Of a stretch of DNA of 64,000 nt, positions 1 through 13,200 are shown one piece after another. Positions within the stretch are counted from its first letter, which is position 1. Every line of letters begins with the position of its first letter. A program made the translations under genes and the position numbers. The stretch covers positions 806,001 through 870,000 of the forward strand of contig OZ234493.1 of the NCBI GenBank assembly GCA_965153455.1, given 5' to 3'. The notes beneath the pieces were generated by a model. That model was not told where the DNA came from. It worked only from the letters and a program-made list of their open reading frames with translations, and searched no databases. The DNA is from Sphagnum compactum. Lineage: Eukaryota.

Positions 1-685
1 GGATCCCAACCAACTGCTCAAAAACTGACTAACCAAACAGCAAAGTTGTGAACTGACCAGATTGCTAAGGGCAGTTATTTGGAGGCACATAAGGTAATGG
101 GCTGCCCTGGGCAAACTGTGAGGTATGCAGGGCTTGTTTGAAGAAAGCAAAATGATGCGAGAGCCACACCAAACCAAGTTGAATGGACCTCTGAGACAAA
201 GCTCAAACCATACAAAAAACATCATGCCCAAAAATCCCTCACAACAATTGATCGTGCAGTGACAAACCACATAATCCTGAAAGCAGCATTCTCCTTCAAG
301 CTATATTTCTCCCATCCCCACTGCTGTGTGTCCAATCTCGAAACACTAAAGATCACCAAAACTTTCTTGCAAAATAACGCTGTGCAAAAATAAGGAATCC
401 GTCGGCCTATAAGTTCGTCTCCAACTGCAGTCACCAGGGACATCTCCATGAACCTAACATCCTTCTCTGCCGTCGCATACTAATGTCCAACCGTGCGTCT
501 GAGTGGAAAACTATCCACAAGTTGTTCATTACCATCGCCAATGGCACCGGCTCTACTATTCTGTGACAGAAGTGGATGTAGCAGTTCCATCGACTGATGC
601 AAGCCACCGAAAACCTACTAAAGCGAACACAAGAAAAACACGCAAGATAGGGCTTTCAGGAACTCAAAGGAAAGAATTCCCTCAC

Positions 686-908
686 CTTGCTCATTTCTGG
701 CTGTGAACACAATAACCCCTGTATCGTCGCCAACCATACATTCGGCAATACGCACATGGCGCACCTGGTTACCATCAGGCCGCGCTTTCTGCAGAACCAG
801 CTTAGCACTGACAACTTTCACTGTCAAAGTATGACCCGAAGTTCCAGGTCGCAGCTGATCCACCTTCGTAAATACCGGCTTCCGGAGAGGTGCATTCGTT
901 GCTGCCAT
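686..908 (-). CDS. OB-fold nucleic-acid-binding protein (plant At4g28440-like), first coding exon; remaining exons not seen and probably left of the window
   Basis: ATG at 908 gives MAATNAPLRKPVFTKVDQLRPGTSGHTLTVKVVS...RIAECMVGDDTGVIVFTARNEQ, typical of this family. The exon ends at a donor CAAG|gtgag (686/685). Confidence 0.88.
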
Positions 909-1054
909 ATCTTCTTCAAACAGACGTCTCACGGTTTCCCGCCACTCTCTTCCTGCTCTTCAAAACAGTCTAGTCAAAAACCCGGATCCGCGTGCACACA
1001 AGAAATCTGGTTGAAACACCAGCAGATTCTCAGCCAAAAGAAACCAAAAAAAAG

Positions 1055-1055
<1 letters not shown>

Positions 1056-1089
<34 letters not shown>

Positions 1090-1098
1090 AACAAACAA
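1056..1098. repeat. (CA)n plus (AAAC)n microsatellite upstream of the OB-fold start codon
   Basis: Directly visible run. Confidence 0.9.
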
Positions 1099-1412
1099 AT
1101 GAAGTGAGGGCAAACCTGTGCAACACACCAAGATGAGAATACCACGACAACAAAGAGCCCAGCAGTCCGCTCCCTACTGCAACTTGCTCGTTTCCTCCGA
1201 CTCTCCAAAGAGATACAAACACACAAATACACACATATAACACGGTTTCTATTTTTCCTTCCTCTCGCCGATTTGCTCTTTAGCACCCGCAGCTCTCAAG
1301 GATACAAAATCCTTCAACGGAGGCAAGCAAAATCATTAGAAGCATGCAAACACACGAGAAAGCAAATGGCAAGGGTTTGATAAACTGTTTGCAGGCAAGA
1401 AGAAGTGGATGA

Positions 1413-1683
1413 GCGAGCAGCAGCGAGAATGAATGTTGGGGCATTTCTTCCTTCCGCAACGGTGTCGTCGACCTCCCAATTCATCATCCATCCACCTCCA
1501 CGCACCTATGTCCGGCCCGGTACACTAGATGGTTCCTCTCGCCTCGCGTACTATTGGTACTCAGCGAGCAGCACGGAGAATGAATGTTGGGCATTTCTTC
1601 CTTCCGCAATTGTGTCCACCTCCCAATTAATCATCCATCCACATCCACGTACCTAGGTCTGGCCCGGTACAGTAGCTGGTTCC
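1413..1683. repeat. Tandem duplication, 2 x ~150 bp
   Basis: gagaatgaatgttggg..catttcttccttccgcaa..catccatccac..ggcccggtac occurs at ~1425 and ~1576. Confidence 0.9.
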
Positions 1684-2421
1684 CTGTCGGCTTCGCTTAT
1701 TACTCAGTGGCGTTTGTTTTCTTCTGGCGAGATTTCGCCAAAAACTGAAATTAAATATTAAAAATTCGAAAAATGAGTACTAGCTCGTTCCCTGTCGGCT
1801 CGCTTCCTACTCAGTGGCGGTTTGTTTTTCGCTGGCGATATTTCGCCGAAAGTGAAATTAAAAATTAAAAATTCGAAAAATAAGTACGAACTTATTCCCT
1901 GTCGCCTTGCTTACTACTCAGTGGCGTTTTTCTTTTGACTGGCGATATTTCGCCAAAAAGTGAAATTAAAAACTAAAAATTCGAAAAATACGTACTAGCT
2001 CTTTCCCTGCCGCCTCGCTTACTACTCAATGGCGATTTTTTTTACTGGCGAGATTTCGCCAAAAAGAGAAACTAAAAATTAAAAATTCAACAAATAAGTG
2101 CTAGCTGGTTCCAACTTCCCTGTCGCCTCGCTTAGTATTTAGTGCCGTTTTTCTTTCAGTGGCAAGATTTAGCCGAAAAGCGAAATTCAATTTTTTTTGT
2201 TAAAAGTGATTTTTTGGAGGATTTCAGTCACCAGAAGTGAGGGGAACAAAAAGAAAAAACCATCAGATTCGTATACTTGGTTTTCACTGTGTAGCCAGAA
2301 ATATAGAATGATGATCGATGATTTGTACTCTATTTCTGGCTTATATCCAGATTTGGCTAAATCTTCCTAGGGATATACTACCCACTTTGGCGACAAACAA
2401 AAGTTCCTAAAAAACCCACTG
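1681..2421. mobile_element. MITE-like element with CAGTG...CACTG ends (full copy ~2140-2421), preceded by four tandem ~107-bp copies of its left end plus flank
   Basis: Left-end motif cagtggcg-T-rich-ctggcga..tttcgcc.aaaa at 1705, 1812, 1919, 2027 and 2140. Right end aaaaaacccactg at 2421. CTACT precedes three left ends and follows the right end (candidate TSD). Confidence 0.65.
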
Positions 2422-3939
2422 CTACTCACTACTGTGCACATGTATCTAGACAGGAAATCCATATTGAAAATTTATCATAATAACAATAGCTCCTTCCATT
2501 GTCAAATTCTTGAACAAAAACCACACTGCGTCTGGAACGGACCTGATAGGGCCTATTCCACTCTGGAACATGGCCAGCTTGGTAGGGCAAGCCAAGCTTA
2601 TGTTAGGTGGTAACCCTTCTTCTTACACTTGTTCCAAAGCATAATCGGTTTTTGATGACCACTTATTCGCATTTCAAGTGTGTTCTTGTTGAGTTTCTTT
2701 AAAACTGACACTGATAACACCAAAAGTTGAGTTAGTAACGGCTGCATAATCGATTTTTTTATCACCGATTCACATTTCAATTGTCTCTTATAAATTGTTG
2801 ATTTTCATTAAAAACTGACACTAGACTAATAGCACTGACAATTGAGCTAATTAAATGACTGCTTGTTCCAGTACAGGAAAACACTTGTGAAATTTCTGAA
2901 TAGGACACAAAAATCAATTAGTGCTATGGATTGAACCCTATAGGGCATGTTGGACTTGTTCCGCCTAAGAACACAACAAACCAAGTAAGGTTGTTAACCA
3001 TTGTTTCTATAACCATCAGGTGATTTAGGGTTTAGGGGTTCTTCCACGGCCTCTCCTAGAGTGAAACCAATTTTGTGACCATTGATTCACATCTCAAGCT
3101 AATTCTCCACTCTTGGACACTTAATGGCATCCACTATTTGCAATTTTGTGGGTGGAATTGGACATTGTCAAAGTTGTGCCTATGCTATCATTGTGGTGTA
3201 TTGATTTCATCCCTTCTTGGCGTTAGAAATCAGTTTGCTCCAAATGTAGGTAGCTTTGTAATTTGTGCTTCATCTAAGCACCGGGTAGAAAATTGTTAGT
3301 GTATTTTCAGGTTACATTACACGGTGTAAAATTTCATGGGACATTTCAAAGAATGAATTAACACCTACAAGAGCAGGCATTCCATTTTTTGAAGCACCCT
3401 GCATCCTTCTTCTTTTTTTTTGCTTAATTATCGTAGTACCTTGGCCATTTCAACACATGTCCATCGCACAATTAATTAATTTTGAAATTTTCATTTCAAC
3501 GAATGGGAATATTCCTAAATATTCACTATTATCCTGCCGTAGTTTGGGCAACTACATGGACGTGTGGACAACCTCAATGAAGAAGTGCATCATTTGTGAT
3601 GCTATTGCATGAACACAGACAGAGTTTGCATAGCTACTCTCCACCTTTTACAAAACGGCATCATGCAATACAGCCCTTCCCATGGAATCACAAGCATAGA
3701 AAAACATCTGCTGAATCAACACTGCATAGATAAGAGCTAGTGGGTTGTTAGTACTGCTTTCTTCTGGTGAAATTAAAAACAAAAAATGCAAAAAGCAACT
3801 GATTTTCATGGTTTTTGGAATCACTATATCTTGACATGGCACTAGGTTCTAGTTGGTAGACAAAAATATAGAAGGATGCTTATTGGTTCACTTTGGCCAT
3901 CAAATCTCAAGGATGAGAGAAGTATCTGCAGAGAGACAA

Positions 3940-4239
3940 TCATATATACATATGAGACCATATATGAAGGAAGGTTGTGTGTTTGTTTTGTTTGTCATGT
4001 TGAGATCTCCCAACTCATGACACCTCTTGCCACACTCCTGGTACCATTGGCAAGCCCTCCATCCGTAGGGGTGCATTGAGTTGGTTTTTATAATGTTTCG
4101 ACTTGTGGTGCAGAAATTACTGAACATTGAGCAATTTTTGTCGTGGAAAATTCAATTAAACTACAAATGAATGATTTTGGAAGAAAAAATTAGTTGAGTA
4201 ACCATTTCACACTTGGGCCAACGCCACAAGCTACACTAG
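3940..4239 (+). mobile_element. Non-autonomous Helitron, 300 bp
   Basis: A|TC at the 5' end (3939|3940), subterminal hairpin cttgggc-caac-gccacaag (4212-4230), CTAG|T at the 3' end (4236-4240), no TSD. Confidence 0.75.
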
Positions 4240-6462
4240 TACACGTGAATGAGACTTTAGAGAGACATTTCCACAATGATACTCCCCGGGTTTCTGTCAT
4301 CAGTTCCAATGAAACCAAAACTAACCTAACAAGAATAAGTGGAGCCATACCTAGTGTCGGGCAATTATTAGAAATTGCATCAAACCCAACCAGTTATCAA
4401 GGTGGTTCTAAGGGTTCATATCCAGGGTTCTCAAAAAAATTGGGATAAGTCCAAATAACTGACAAACCCACCAGTTCTTTCATGAGAACCACTGGCTGTT
4501 TGAGGTTTTTGAAATAACTGGAACTGGCCATTCTTTGGTTCTTTGATTCGGATTTTTCTTCTTTCTTTTTTTTTCCCCAAAAAACAGGAATCAGTGTTTC
4601 TCTGATTCTAGCAATGACGAACTCAGTTCATGAATCCCCGCTAAATTCATCACCTCCTGACAGTGGATGTAGACAACAATGTAGTAATCTTCCCAATATC
4701 TTGAGCAACAACTATACAAAGAGTCTGCAACCCTGATTTTTGTTGCATTTCCCGAACTAACAGGTAGACTCAGTTATTATTGTTGGCTAGCACTCAAGAG
4801 AACATATATAGTTTCTCAGAGATGAGAAATATGTATCTAGCTACATCATGCTGCAACCATCACCTAGCTGCATGCAAGTGACAATGGAAGACAGCAAGAG
4901 GATCTTGAATGTCTAGAGAGCTCCTGGAACTTGGAGATGGGAAGTACCTTGCTGACCTCTCAAAGTGAGTAACAGTTGATACTCTGATTTCCAAGCTTGG
5001 CATTTTAAAGATCTGGTAAGCCCCCAAAAAGATGGCTCCTACAACTGTCCTCCTTGTGGTGTGTGCAGCTCCAGACTCCAGACCTAAAGATAAAAAGCAC
5101 CAAGGACCATCACAAATAGACATCACAGCTGTTAAGAATCCAGTAACCAACATAAAACTGCAGCAGAAGTGTCGGACAGAGTATGCTTGAAATACTTCAA
5201 GTAATGAGGATTTTGGGCTATTTTCAGCCCATTCGAAAGTACAGAATGGATATGGTTCATGATGCTTGGTAGTATGAATAGGCACAGCTCCAAGAATTTC
5301 TGCTTCTTGAGTACTTTCAATTTTAGAGCATAGCTGAATCCCAAAGTGTTGCAAAATGAAAATCCATCTCCAGAACCATTTGAATAAAGGAATCAGCTCA
5401 ACAAATTCTGTAGCAAGATGATCTACATAATATAAACAATGTTTACTGTTGTTGATTCATACAATTAGGAGCCTCTTCAATCAATCAATGAAAGCCTCTC
5501 GAGGAATACAATAGCAAATAAGAACAAGAAGAGTTATCTCATTGCTCACAGCTGATTAAACTAAACCCCAACATATCGCACGACTAATCTGTCAAACTTC
5601 TCCAAATGCATCTCTAAAAGCCTCTTAAGCCTCTGGACATTATGGCTGCAAAAGTAGAAACAAGGCAATAAATCTAAGAAGCCTTCTCAGCTGCAAAAAT
5701 AACCCGAATCAGTATTAACACATAATGTGTTGAACTCTCTTATCAGCAAAAGCTTCTGAAGCATCCCACTGGTAAAACAAACAAAAAACTCCAAACATGG
5801 CTACAATGTTACAATGGCTAAAGGCATATTGTGTGCAAACCTCATACACATTGCAATCATATGCTAACTTCCCTGCAAGAATTCAGCAACAAACAAAACT
5901 TACAAAAGCATAGATTCACTCACATGTAGTTTTTTCTGTGCAGGAAAGCTACCAACCAACCCTCAGATGTGACATTAGAAGAAACATGAGCAGGCTAGCC
6001 CTTATTCACATGAATGGTAATGAGTGTTGTCAGTTTCTATTCTAATAATTTCATTTGTGATTCAGTGTTGCACTTATTTCCAAGATTAGATTTCATCACT
6101 GATAAGCATCTATTTCAGAAAATCGAAATCATGTATGCAACAGCAGGAGTAGAGCACCCATTCATGGATCTAGTTTTGTGCTTGCACTCATATTCTTCTC
6201 CTGTGAAAATCTAAATTTGAATGTCCTTTCTGCAACATATAGTTTGTACGGAGAATATCACATATGCAATAGCTTTCCAGCAAACTTTTATAAGAAAACT
6301 ACTACACCATCTCTCAAGGAATTCTACAAGAATTTGTGTAATGCATGAAGCTTTGCAAAGGGCGGGTGTATTCTTGAGCAGTGCATACATTGAAAGGGCA
6401 TTCCTGGATCCCTTGTGCTTCTTGATCATATATACAGGAGATCAAACTTTGACTACATGTCA

Positions 6463-7998
6463 TTATCTCTCTTGAAAATTTCTAGACAATGGGAAACAAA
6501 ACATGAATTGCTTAAGTGTAGGTGCAAGGCCTAACTCCATCTGAACCTGGATATCTTGCTCTGTAACATGAAGAAAAACAGGATCCACCTTTATCTCGCA
6601 TTGCACATGTACCTTCAATACCACCCCCACCCCCCCACCATTCATGCCAGCCACCAAAGGAGTTCAAAACCCTGTAAGTTGTCAATGCTTTCCCAAAGAA
6701 TGAGCAGAATGATTAAGCACATTGTGGTCCCAAAGAATTGGTACAGGAATCACCTCAAAATCATGATACAGCTTCCAAACTTTAACATAACCTGATATGG
6801 TGACAACAGAATTCAGCACCATCTCTCGTTTTGCAATATCTGACAAGAGTTGCAATACATGAGTTGTCAATTCAAGCCCATTCAGCTTTGCTGGCACTAT
6901 GATAGTCTCTTCACTTTGGCTCGCTTGCTTCCCTGCATCCACCTGCATTCAACAACAGCCTACTAAAATTGAAAATATTTAAAATTTATTTTAGGTATGT
7001 TATTATAATGAATTATAGGCACCCATTCACATTTAATTATATTCTTTAATGAATTAGTTGCACACTATTTCTTTTTAAAGGTAGTTTGGGAAAAAATGGA
7101 AGTGACCTCCTGAGGTCACTCTTGAGAAGGCAAGAAGCAAGATCAGAGTCCTATTGAAGATGACTAAACCAGGAACAAGAGGAACAATGACAATGCCAGG
7201 ATCTTCACCTTCAAGGTACTACCATACCTATGAGTGATGTTCAGCACAAAATAATTCACAAAAGGTCTAGCTGAAAAAAAGAGAAATTTTTATTACTATT
7301 TGTTGAAATTGTTGAAAATTGAAAACCATTGGGTTACTATTACAAATGCACAACACAAGATGTTTTTGCATACTTATTCCTCAGCTGTTGGAATTCTGAA
7401 AAATTAAGTTTCAAACTGCTGAACCTTGTTTTCTAAAATAAATAAATACTTGACAAAGAAAGGCCAAACATCAGCAGTAGGTACAGTACCAACTTTGCAG
7501 CATTTGCAAAAGGAGGTAAGGATTAGAGATGCGCTGATGAGTACGAGAGGATATTACGATCAATGCAAGAGAGAGAGAGAGCTATGAAATTATTCAATGT
7601 TCTCACCATTGCTTCACCAATTGAGGTTCCTCTGTACAAGAGATTGACGATCGTGCTCGTGTACTCGATGGGGACAACATTGGGATTGATGACCTTGATG
7701 GATATTGTGAGATCAATATCCACAGCGACAATTGGCACCACCGAATCTGTTTCCCAGTTCAGTTTGAAGCCCTTCAAATGGACGTCCGTGACTTCAAATC
7801 TTGGTTCTCTTGGCCAAATTCTGTACAATACACCCACGACCACGACGATTGCCACAATGGCCAACAATATGGCCTCCAATACCTCCGTCTTCTTCTTCTT
7901 CTTCCTATTGTATGTTCTTGAGTCAAGAACTCTTACCTCTGTCTTCTTCTTCGTTCCTGAGACAATAACTTTGCCTCCGTCTTCTTTTTCTTCTTCAT
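6463..7998 (-). CDS. LEA_2 / NDR1-HIN1-like single-pass membrane protein; exons ~7998-7607, 6942-6754, 6612-6463; start codon uncertain
   Basis: Basic N-terminus, TM segment (ILLAIVAIVVVVGVLYRIWP), then PREPRFEV...ISIKVINPNVVPIEY...LLYRGTSIGEA, typical of LEA_2. GT-AG junctions at 7607/6942 and 6754/6612 keep frame. Confidence 0.8.
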
Positions 7999-8182
7999 CG
8001 TCGTTCTTCCTGACACAACGAACTTCTTGTATACCGCCTTCAAATCCTATCTCCTCGCACCGCCACTCAAGGAGCAAGGATGTGAAGGATTGTTATATGA
8101 AAGGAACTTTAAAGAAAGAAAATATCTATTCTCATAGACAGAAGGAGCAGGAACGAAGAAGCCTTGAAAAAGAAGATGAAGA

Positions 8183-8184
<2 letters not shown>

Positions 8185-8213
<29 letters not shown>
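8185..8213. repeat. (CAG)n microsatellite upstream of the LEA_2 coding region
   Basis: Visible run of about 9 CAG. Confidence 0.9.
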
Positions 8214-8217
<4 letters not shown>

Positions 8218-8507
8218 GGAACAAAGGATATGAAAGAACAAAAACCAACCATCCAAAGACTTGACACAAGCAAAAAAACAATTTTACAAAAAGCTGCTGT
8301 CGCTTCAGAAATTCTTCAATTGAAGCAGCAATATAATACTGACGACAACAAAAACTTCGGTAAAAAAATTACACATCTTTCGATTCCTGAAAAATCAATC
8401 CTTCTTCCTGTGCGCAGAGCCAAAACGACGACGACGACGACGACGAACGGGGGTGTCTGACAGGATCTCATCAACTGTGGAAACAAACCCTCGACCACCT
8501 TTCACCT

Positions 8508-8632
8508 GTTCCCTTGGGCCCTCACCAGGTTCTCGGGTAGGGGAACAACCCAAAAAACCCATCTATCTCCACCCTTTCGTGTTCCCTTGAGCCCTCACCA
8601 GGTTCTCGGATATGGGAACAACCAAAAAAACC
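8508..8632. repeat. Tandem duplication, 2 x ~73 bp
   Basis: gttcccttg(g/a)gccctcaccaggttctcgg at 8508 and 8581. Confidence 0.9.
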
Positions 8633-8634
8633 TA

Positions 8635-9660
8635 AAATAATTGTTATCAAAAAAATACTAATGCATTCACATGTTGTATGACCAATACACTCCATGTATG
8701 GTTATATTTTTTTCACACATGACAAATTAATAGTTACATATAAAAAAATTGGCACCTAGTTTACATTTCCTATTACTTTCCAATTGTAATGTATTGTTAT
8801 TTATCATGTGTTTTTTGGATACATTAAAGATTTGTTGAAACACTAAAAAAAAATCAATTTAAAGTTTTCATGCATGTTTAAACATAGCAAAGGTGAGAAT
8901 TGTTTTTCAAAATACACGGACAAGAAGATGCCATGTTTCTATGTCCATGGTTATTGTAAAATAATTGTTAATGTATCAAAAAATTAACTATACATTCCTC
9001 ACACATTTGTAAACAATACACGAGCCATATATCACCATTTGTTTTTCCACACCTAACAAATTGATGGTTGCATATCAACAATTGGCATTTGTTTCCCATC
9101 ACTTTTCAATTATAACTGATATTTTATTTTCCATGTGTTTTTTATTACATTAAAGATTTGTTGATACACCAAATATCTTTTGATACATTAAGGATTTTTT
9201 TAATTGAAAATTGTTGTGCATGTTTAACATAACATGGACAAGAATTTTTTTTCAAAATATATGGATAAGAAGTTGTCGTGTTTTTAAGCTTATGGTTACA
9301 ATACTTGGCAATCATTAATGCATTAAAAAATATCAATAAAATATTCACCTCGCATGAAGAATATTATCTATGTATCACCACTTTTCCACACATGACAAAT
9401 TGATGACTACATATCAAAAATCAGCACCTAATCTACATTTCTAACCATTTTTCAACTATAGCCAATTGTTATTTGCCATGTGTTTTTCCATAACTAAAAC
9501 ATTTGTTGATACACTAAGGATTTTGTAATACATTAAAGTTTTTTTGGTTGGAAATTAACGTGCACATGTGTTTAAACATAACAAGGAAAAAGAAATTTCA
9601 AAGTACATGAACAAAAAGTTATCATGTTTCCAAGTTTATGGGTAGGATAAAATAGTTGTT
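8635..9660. repeat. Degenerate AT-rich tandem repeat, ~3 x 330-345 bp
   Basis: catgtgttttt...aaa.atttgttga.acac recurs at ~8805, 9132 and 9477; catgtttaa..cataac/g recurs in register. Confidence 0.7.
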
Positions 9661-10207
9661 TATTTAGTCAAAAAACAAAAATATGTTAATGGAAAATGGT
9701 GTGAACAATACATTTAATGTACTACTGTTATTCCACGCTTGATGAATAGTGGATACATATGAAAACTTGACACTTAGTTTATGTTTCCCACCATTTATTG
9801 ATTGTAATTATTGATATTTACCATTTGCATTTTTTGAAATTTGAAATTATTCAGCAAAACATTAAATTGGAATGTAGTCAATGCATTTTTCAAAAAAAAT
9901 CATTGTAATGGAATCTTGTTTCAAGAATCAATGCTCATTGTCATTTATATTAATTTAATATTTTCTTGACCAAATATTCTAATATGTGTCATGCATGATC
10001 ATTTCAAATTCCCACAATTGGGCATGTGAAGCATTAATTAAACATTGGGTGTCACCCAAAAACCCCTTGATACATTGACTAGTTTGAACCCCGTGCCTAA
10101 TGCATAGGTTTGTGTGCATTTGACGGTACATATTACAAAATTACAATTACAAACTACATTTCCAAAACCTCTTTATATACAACATTTCGCATGTATCTAT
10201 CGGGACC

Positions 10208-13200
10208 CTAGCCGTTGAAAATCTTGATGTTTGCACTACTTGTGACCCGTGAAATAGCAACATACAGCTGACCATGGGAATACACCGGAGACGGCAAATA
10301 TACCCCAACGTTGTTGAATGTCTGACCTTGACTCTTGTTGATTGTGATCGCAAATGCCACTCGAACAGGAAATTGACGACAACGCAAAACAAATGGCCAA
10401 TCAGTCCCAGAGGGGGACATGATGATGCGAGGTATGAACACACGTTTGCCGACATTGTTTCCTGTGATGATTTTTGCTTCAATGACACGCTGACCCAATC
10501 TCTTGACAATCAACCTCGTACCATTGCACAATCCTATTGATTGATTGACATTATGCAACAAAAGGATTGGCACACCCACTTTGAGTTTCAGCTTATGATT
10601 TGCGATACAGCTGAATTGCAAAGTGTTTAAAAATTCCACCGGATACAATGAATCCATTGAAACTCCTGCAGCAACACTTGCACCTTCTTCTGTTAGAGTC
10701 AAAGAATTTGCGCTCAAATACGTGTGCGATTCTTCAGATAGTGATTCTAAAATTGCATTGTTGACTTCATCAATGTCAGTATTTTTGGGGGCTAGAATGT
10801 TGCGTTGCATAAGATACATGGCATCTCCAGAGTGGCACCGGTGATCCGGATAGATGGTTCGGATGAATCCTCTTAAGCTGCAATCTTCTGCTAGCAGCTT
10901 CATATGGGATGGAATATTGATCTAATCTGGATTGACACCTTCTTCTTCTGCAATGGCAGGAAGATTATCGTCTCCAACATTCAACACCCATTTGGCAAAC
11001 TCTCGCTGCTCTTTAGAATTGGTTGCCATGACTTGCATGTTGATATGAAGACGAAAAATTATAACATGCTGCCAAAGATGCGATCGAAGCAAGGAAACAC
11101 TGACAATGTCTTCTCGTCCCCCCTTGGGAACAACAGGCAAAATTTGTTGAAAATCCCCACCAAGGACCACGGTTTTCCCACCAAAGATTTTCCCAGTTGC
11201 CTGTGCGTCATCCAATTGCATCAAATCACGCAGGGTGCGATCAACAGCTTCGAAAGCTCGGCGATGCATCATCGGTGCCTCATTCCAAATGATCAGATCA
11301 GCTTTACGCACCAACTCGGCCACTTTCATCTATTGTGTGATGTTGCAAGTTGACTCATCATGTAGATCAATCGGAATCTTGAATCTTGAATGGGCAGTTT
11401 TGCCGCCTAGAATCAACAAAGATGCAATTCCTAATGAGGCAACTGCAAGCATGATTTTGTCTTGCCCTCGTAGACGGGACAGAAGTGTTATCCAAACAAA
11501 TGTTTTGCCGGTTCCACCACTGCCATACATAATGAATAGTTTGCCCTCTTTGTTTGTCACGGCATTCAAAGTAGTTTCGTATGCGTGGCACTGATCATCA
11601 TTGAGTCTATCTTCTGCATTGTCTGCATCTGTGGTCAATGAATGTCGATCATAAGCCAACTCTTTTTCGACCAATCGGTTTCCTCCATGAACAGAAGGGA
11701 TGTAATTAGACTTGGGGAACGTTGGAAAATCTTCCAGGCGGTGTCCATTGTGCATGAGAACCTAATCGATCTCATACAATGCACGATCCTTTAGCGCATC
11801 CTCAGAAAGGGTAACAGTTGGATTAGCACGCTCGCAGCGTGTCATTGCTTCAATGTCATCGCTCAAAGACTCTCAATGTGCATCCCATAGCTGTCTGGGA
11901 TTCGTGACCTCACAAAACATCAACATGGAGGCAAACATGTCACGCAACTGTCATCTTGAGGCCCAAACACCGGCTTCTTCCAAGGCTTGATGCCATTCAT
12001 TGTCTTTTGCAAGCAAACTCATTGCAATGCATGCATCTTTGAATGTGTCGTGCTCTCTGCCATCCACTATTTGCAAATGCTCGTAGGATGTGGCACCTTT
12101 GACGCAGTTCAGCAGCATTCACAAATAATAACGTTCACTCAATGTCGGGTGTGCATAATACATGCGACTAATGACAAAGCCTCTCTTGCACATTGTCCAT
12201 CGTTTCAACTTCCGATTCCACATCCATTGCTGAGGGAATTGATCGAATGTAAGGCTTCGTGCAACTTCCGATTCTTGGTTTGTTTTGAACCATTCTGTGA
12301 GCATCGTTCTGGAAATGGCTGACCGTGTTGCCACTTCCTGCACATCATCATCATCGTCAAACAACACCATTTGCTAATTGGGCAAATGGTATTGCAGACG
12401 CTCAATGGTAGGAAACCGCTCATGCATATCAAACTTGAAGATGCGCCACGTTGCTTCCGATGCAGATACATAACGACAGTCAAGATATTTTTTAATTTCA
12501 TCAGTTTCAACCACATTCCCTTCAATGGCATTGTCGCTCCGGCGTGAGATCTCAACAGTTGCACAATCATGTCCTTTATATACATACTTGAATAGATATT
12601 TGACTGCACGAATATTGTTGCAGACCTCAATGTTGATGTCCGCATCATATTTGGTCGATGAATAGACATTGTGCGGTACCACCCAACGATTGTCCAATTC
12701 AATGCCATGAACCAAAACTATGTGCCCCGTATCTCTACGCCGATAAATAGGGCTTCCATTTACATCCGTCACCGTCTCAGATTGGAACTTACGTGGATAT
12801 TGTTTTCTGCATTTGCCTTCTTCCATGCACGGGGCATTTGGAAACGCAACTCCACATGGACCATGCATCATGCATTTGGCAACCATCTCGTGGGCCAACT
12901 TGTTTGTTTCTGAATTCGAAAGTTCAGCATTAATCATGTGGTCTACATCCTCGACCGTGTGTGGCTTGCAGTCTTCGGTAAAGAAGATGAGAATGTGTGC
13001 GGCAGCCCACGCTTTTGAAATTCAACGACATAGATTCCCGCAATCGTGCATCCCATAATATGGTTCTTGTGAATGTCATTGATCAAATCCTTCAACTTGA
13101 TTTTGAACACTCGGGTTACCAAATCCAGTCGATCTTGAGGTTGCTATCCGAGTAGCAACGCTCTCTTAATTTCAAGCCATTGGGGATTGCAAGTGAATGT

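Noticed and set aside
960-1286. ORFs with CVCVCV runs
   Set aside because: Translation of the (CA)n microsatellite.
4860-5354. 164-aa minus-strand ORF
   Set aside because: Non-ATG start and no recognisable motif; it lies downstream of the LEA_2 stop and may be UTR or chance.
7563-8460. Plus-strand ORFs with poly-A/poly-Q/poly-T tracts
   Set aside because: Antisense shadows of LEA_2 exon 1 and the CAG/ACG microsatellites.
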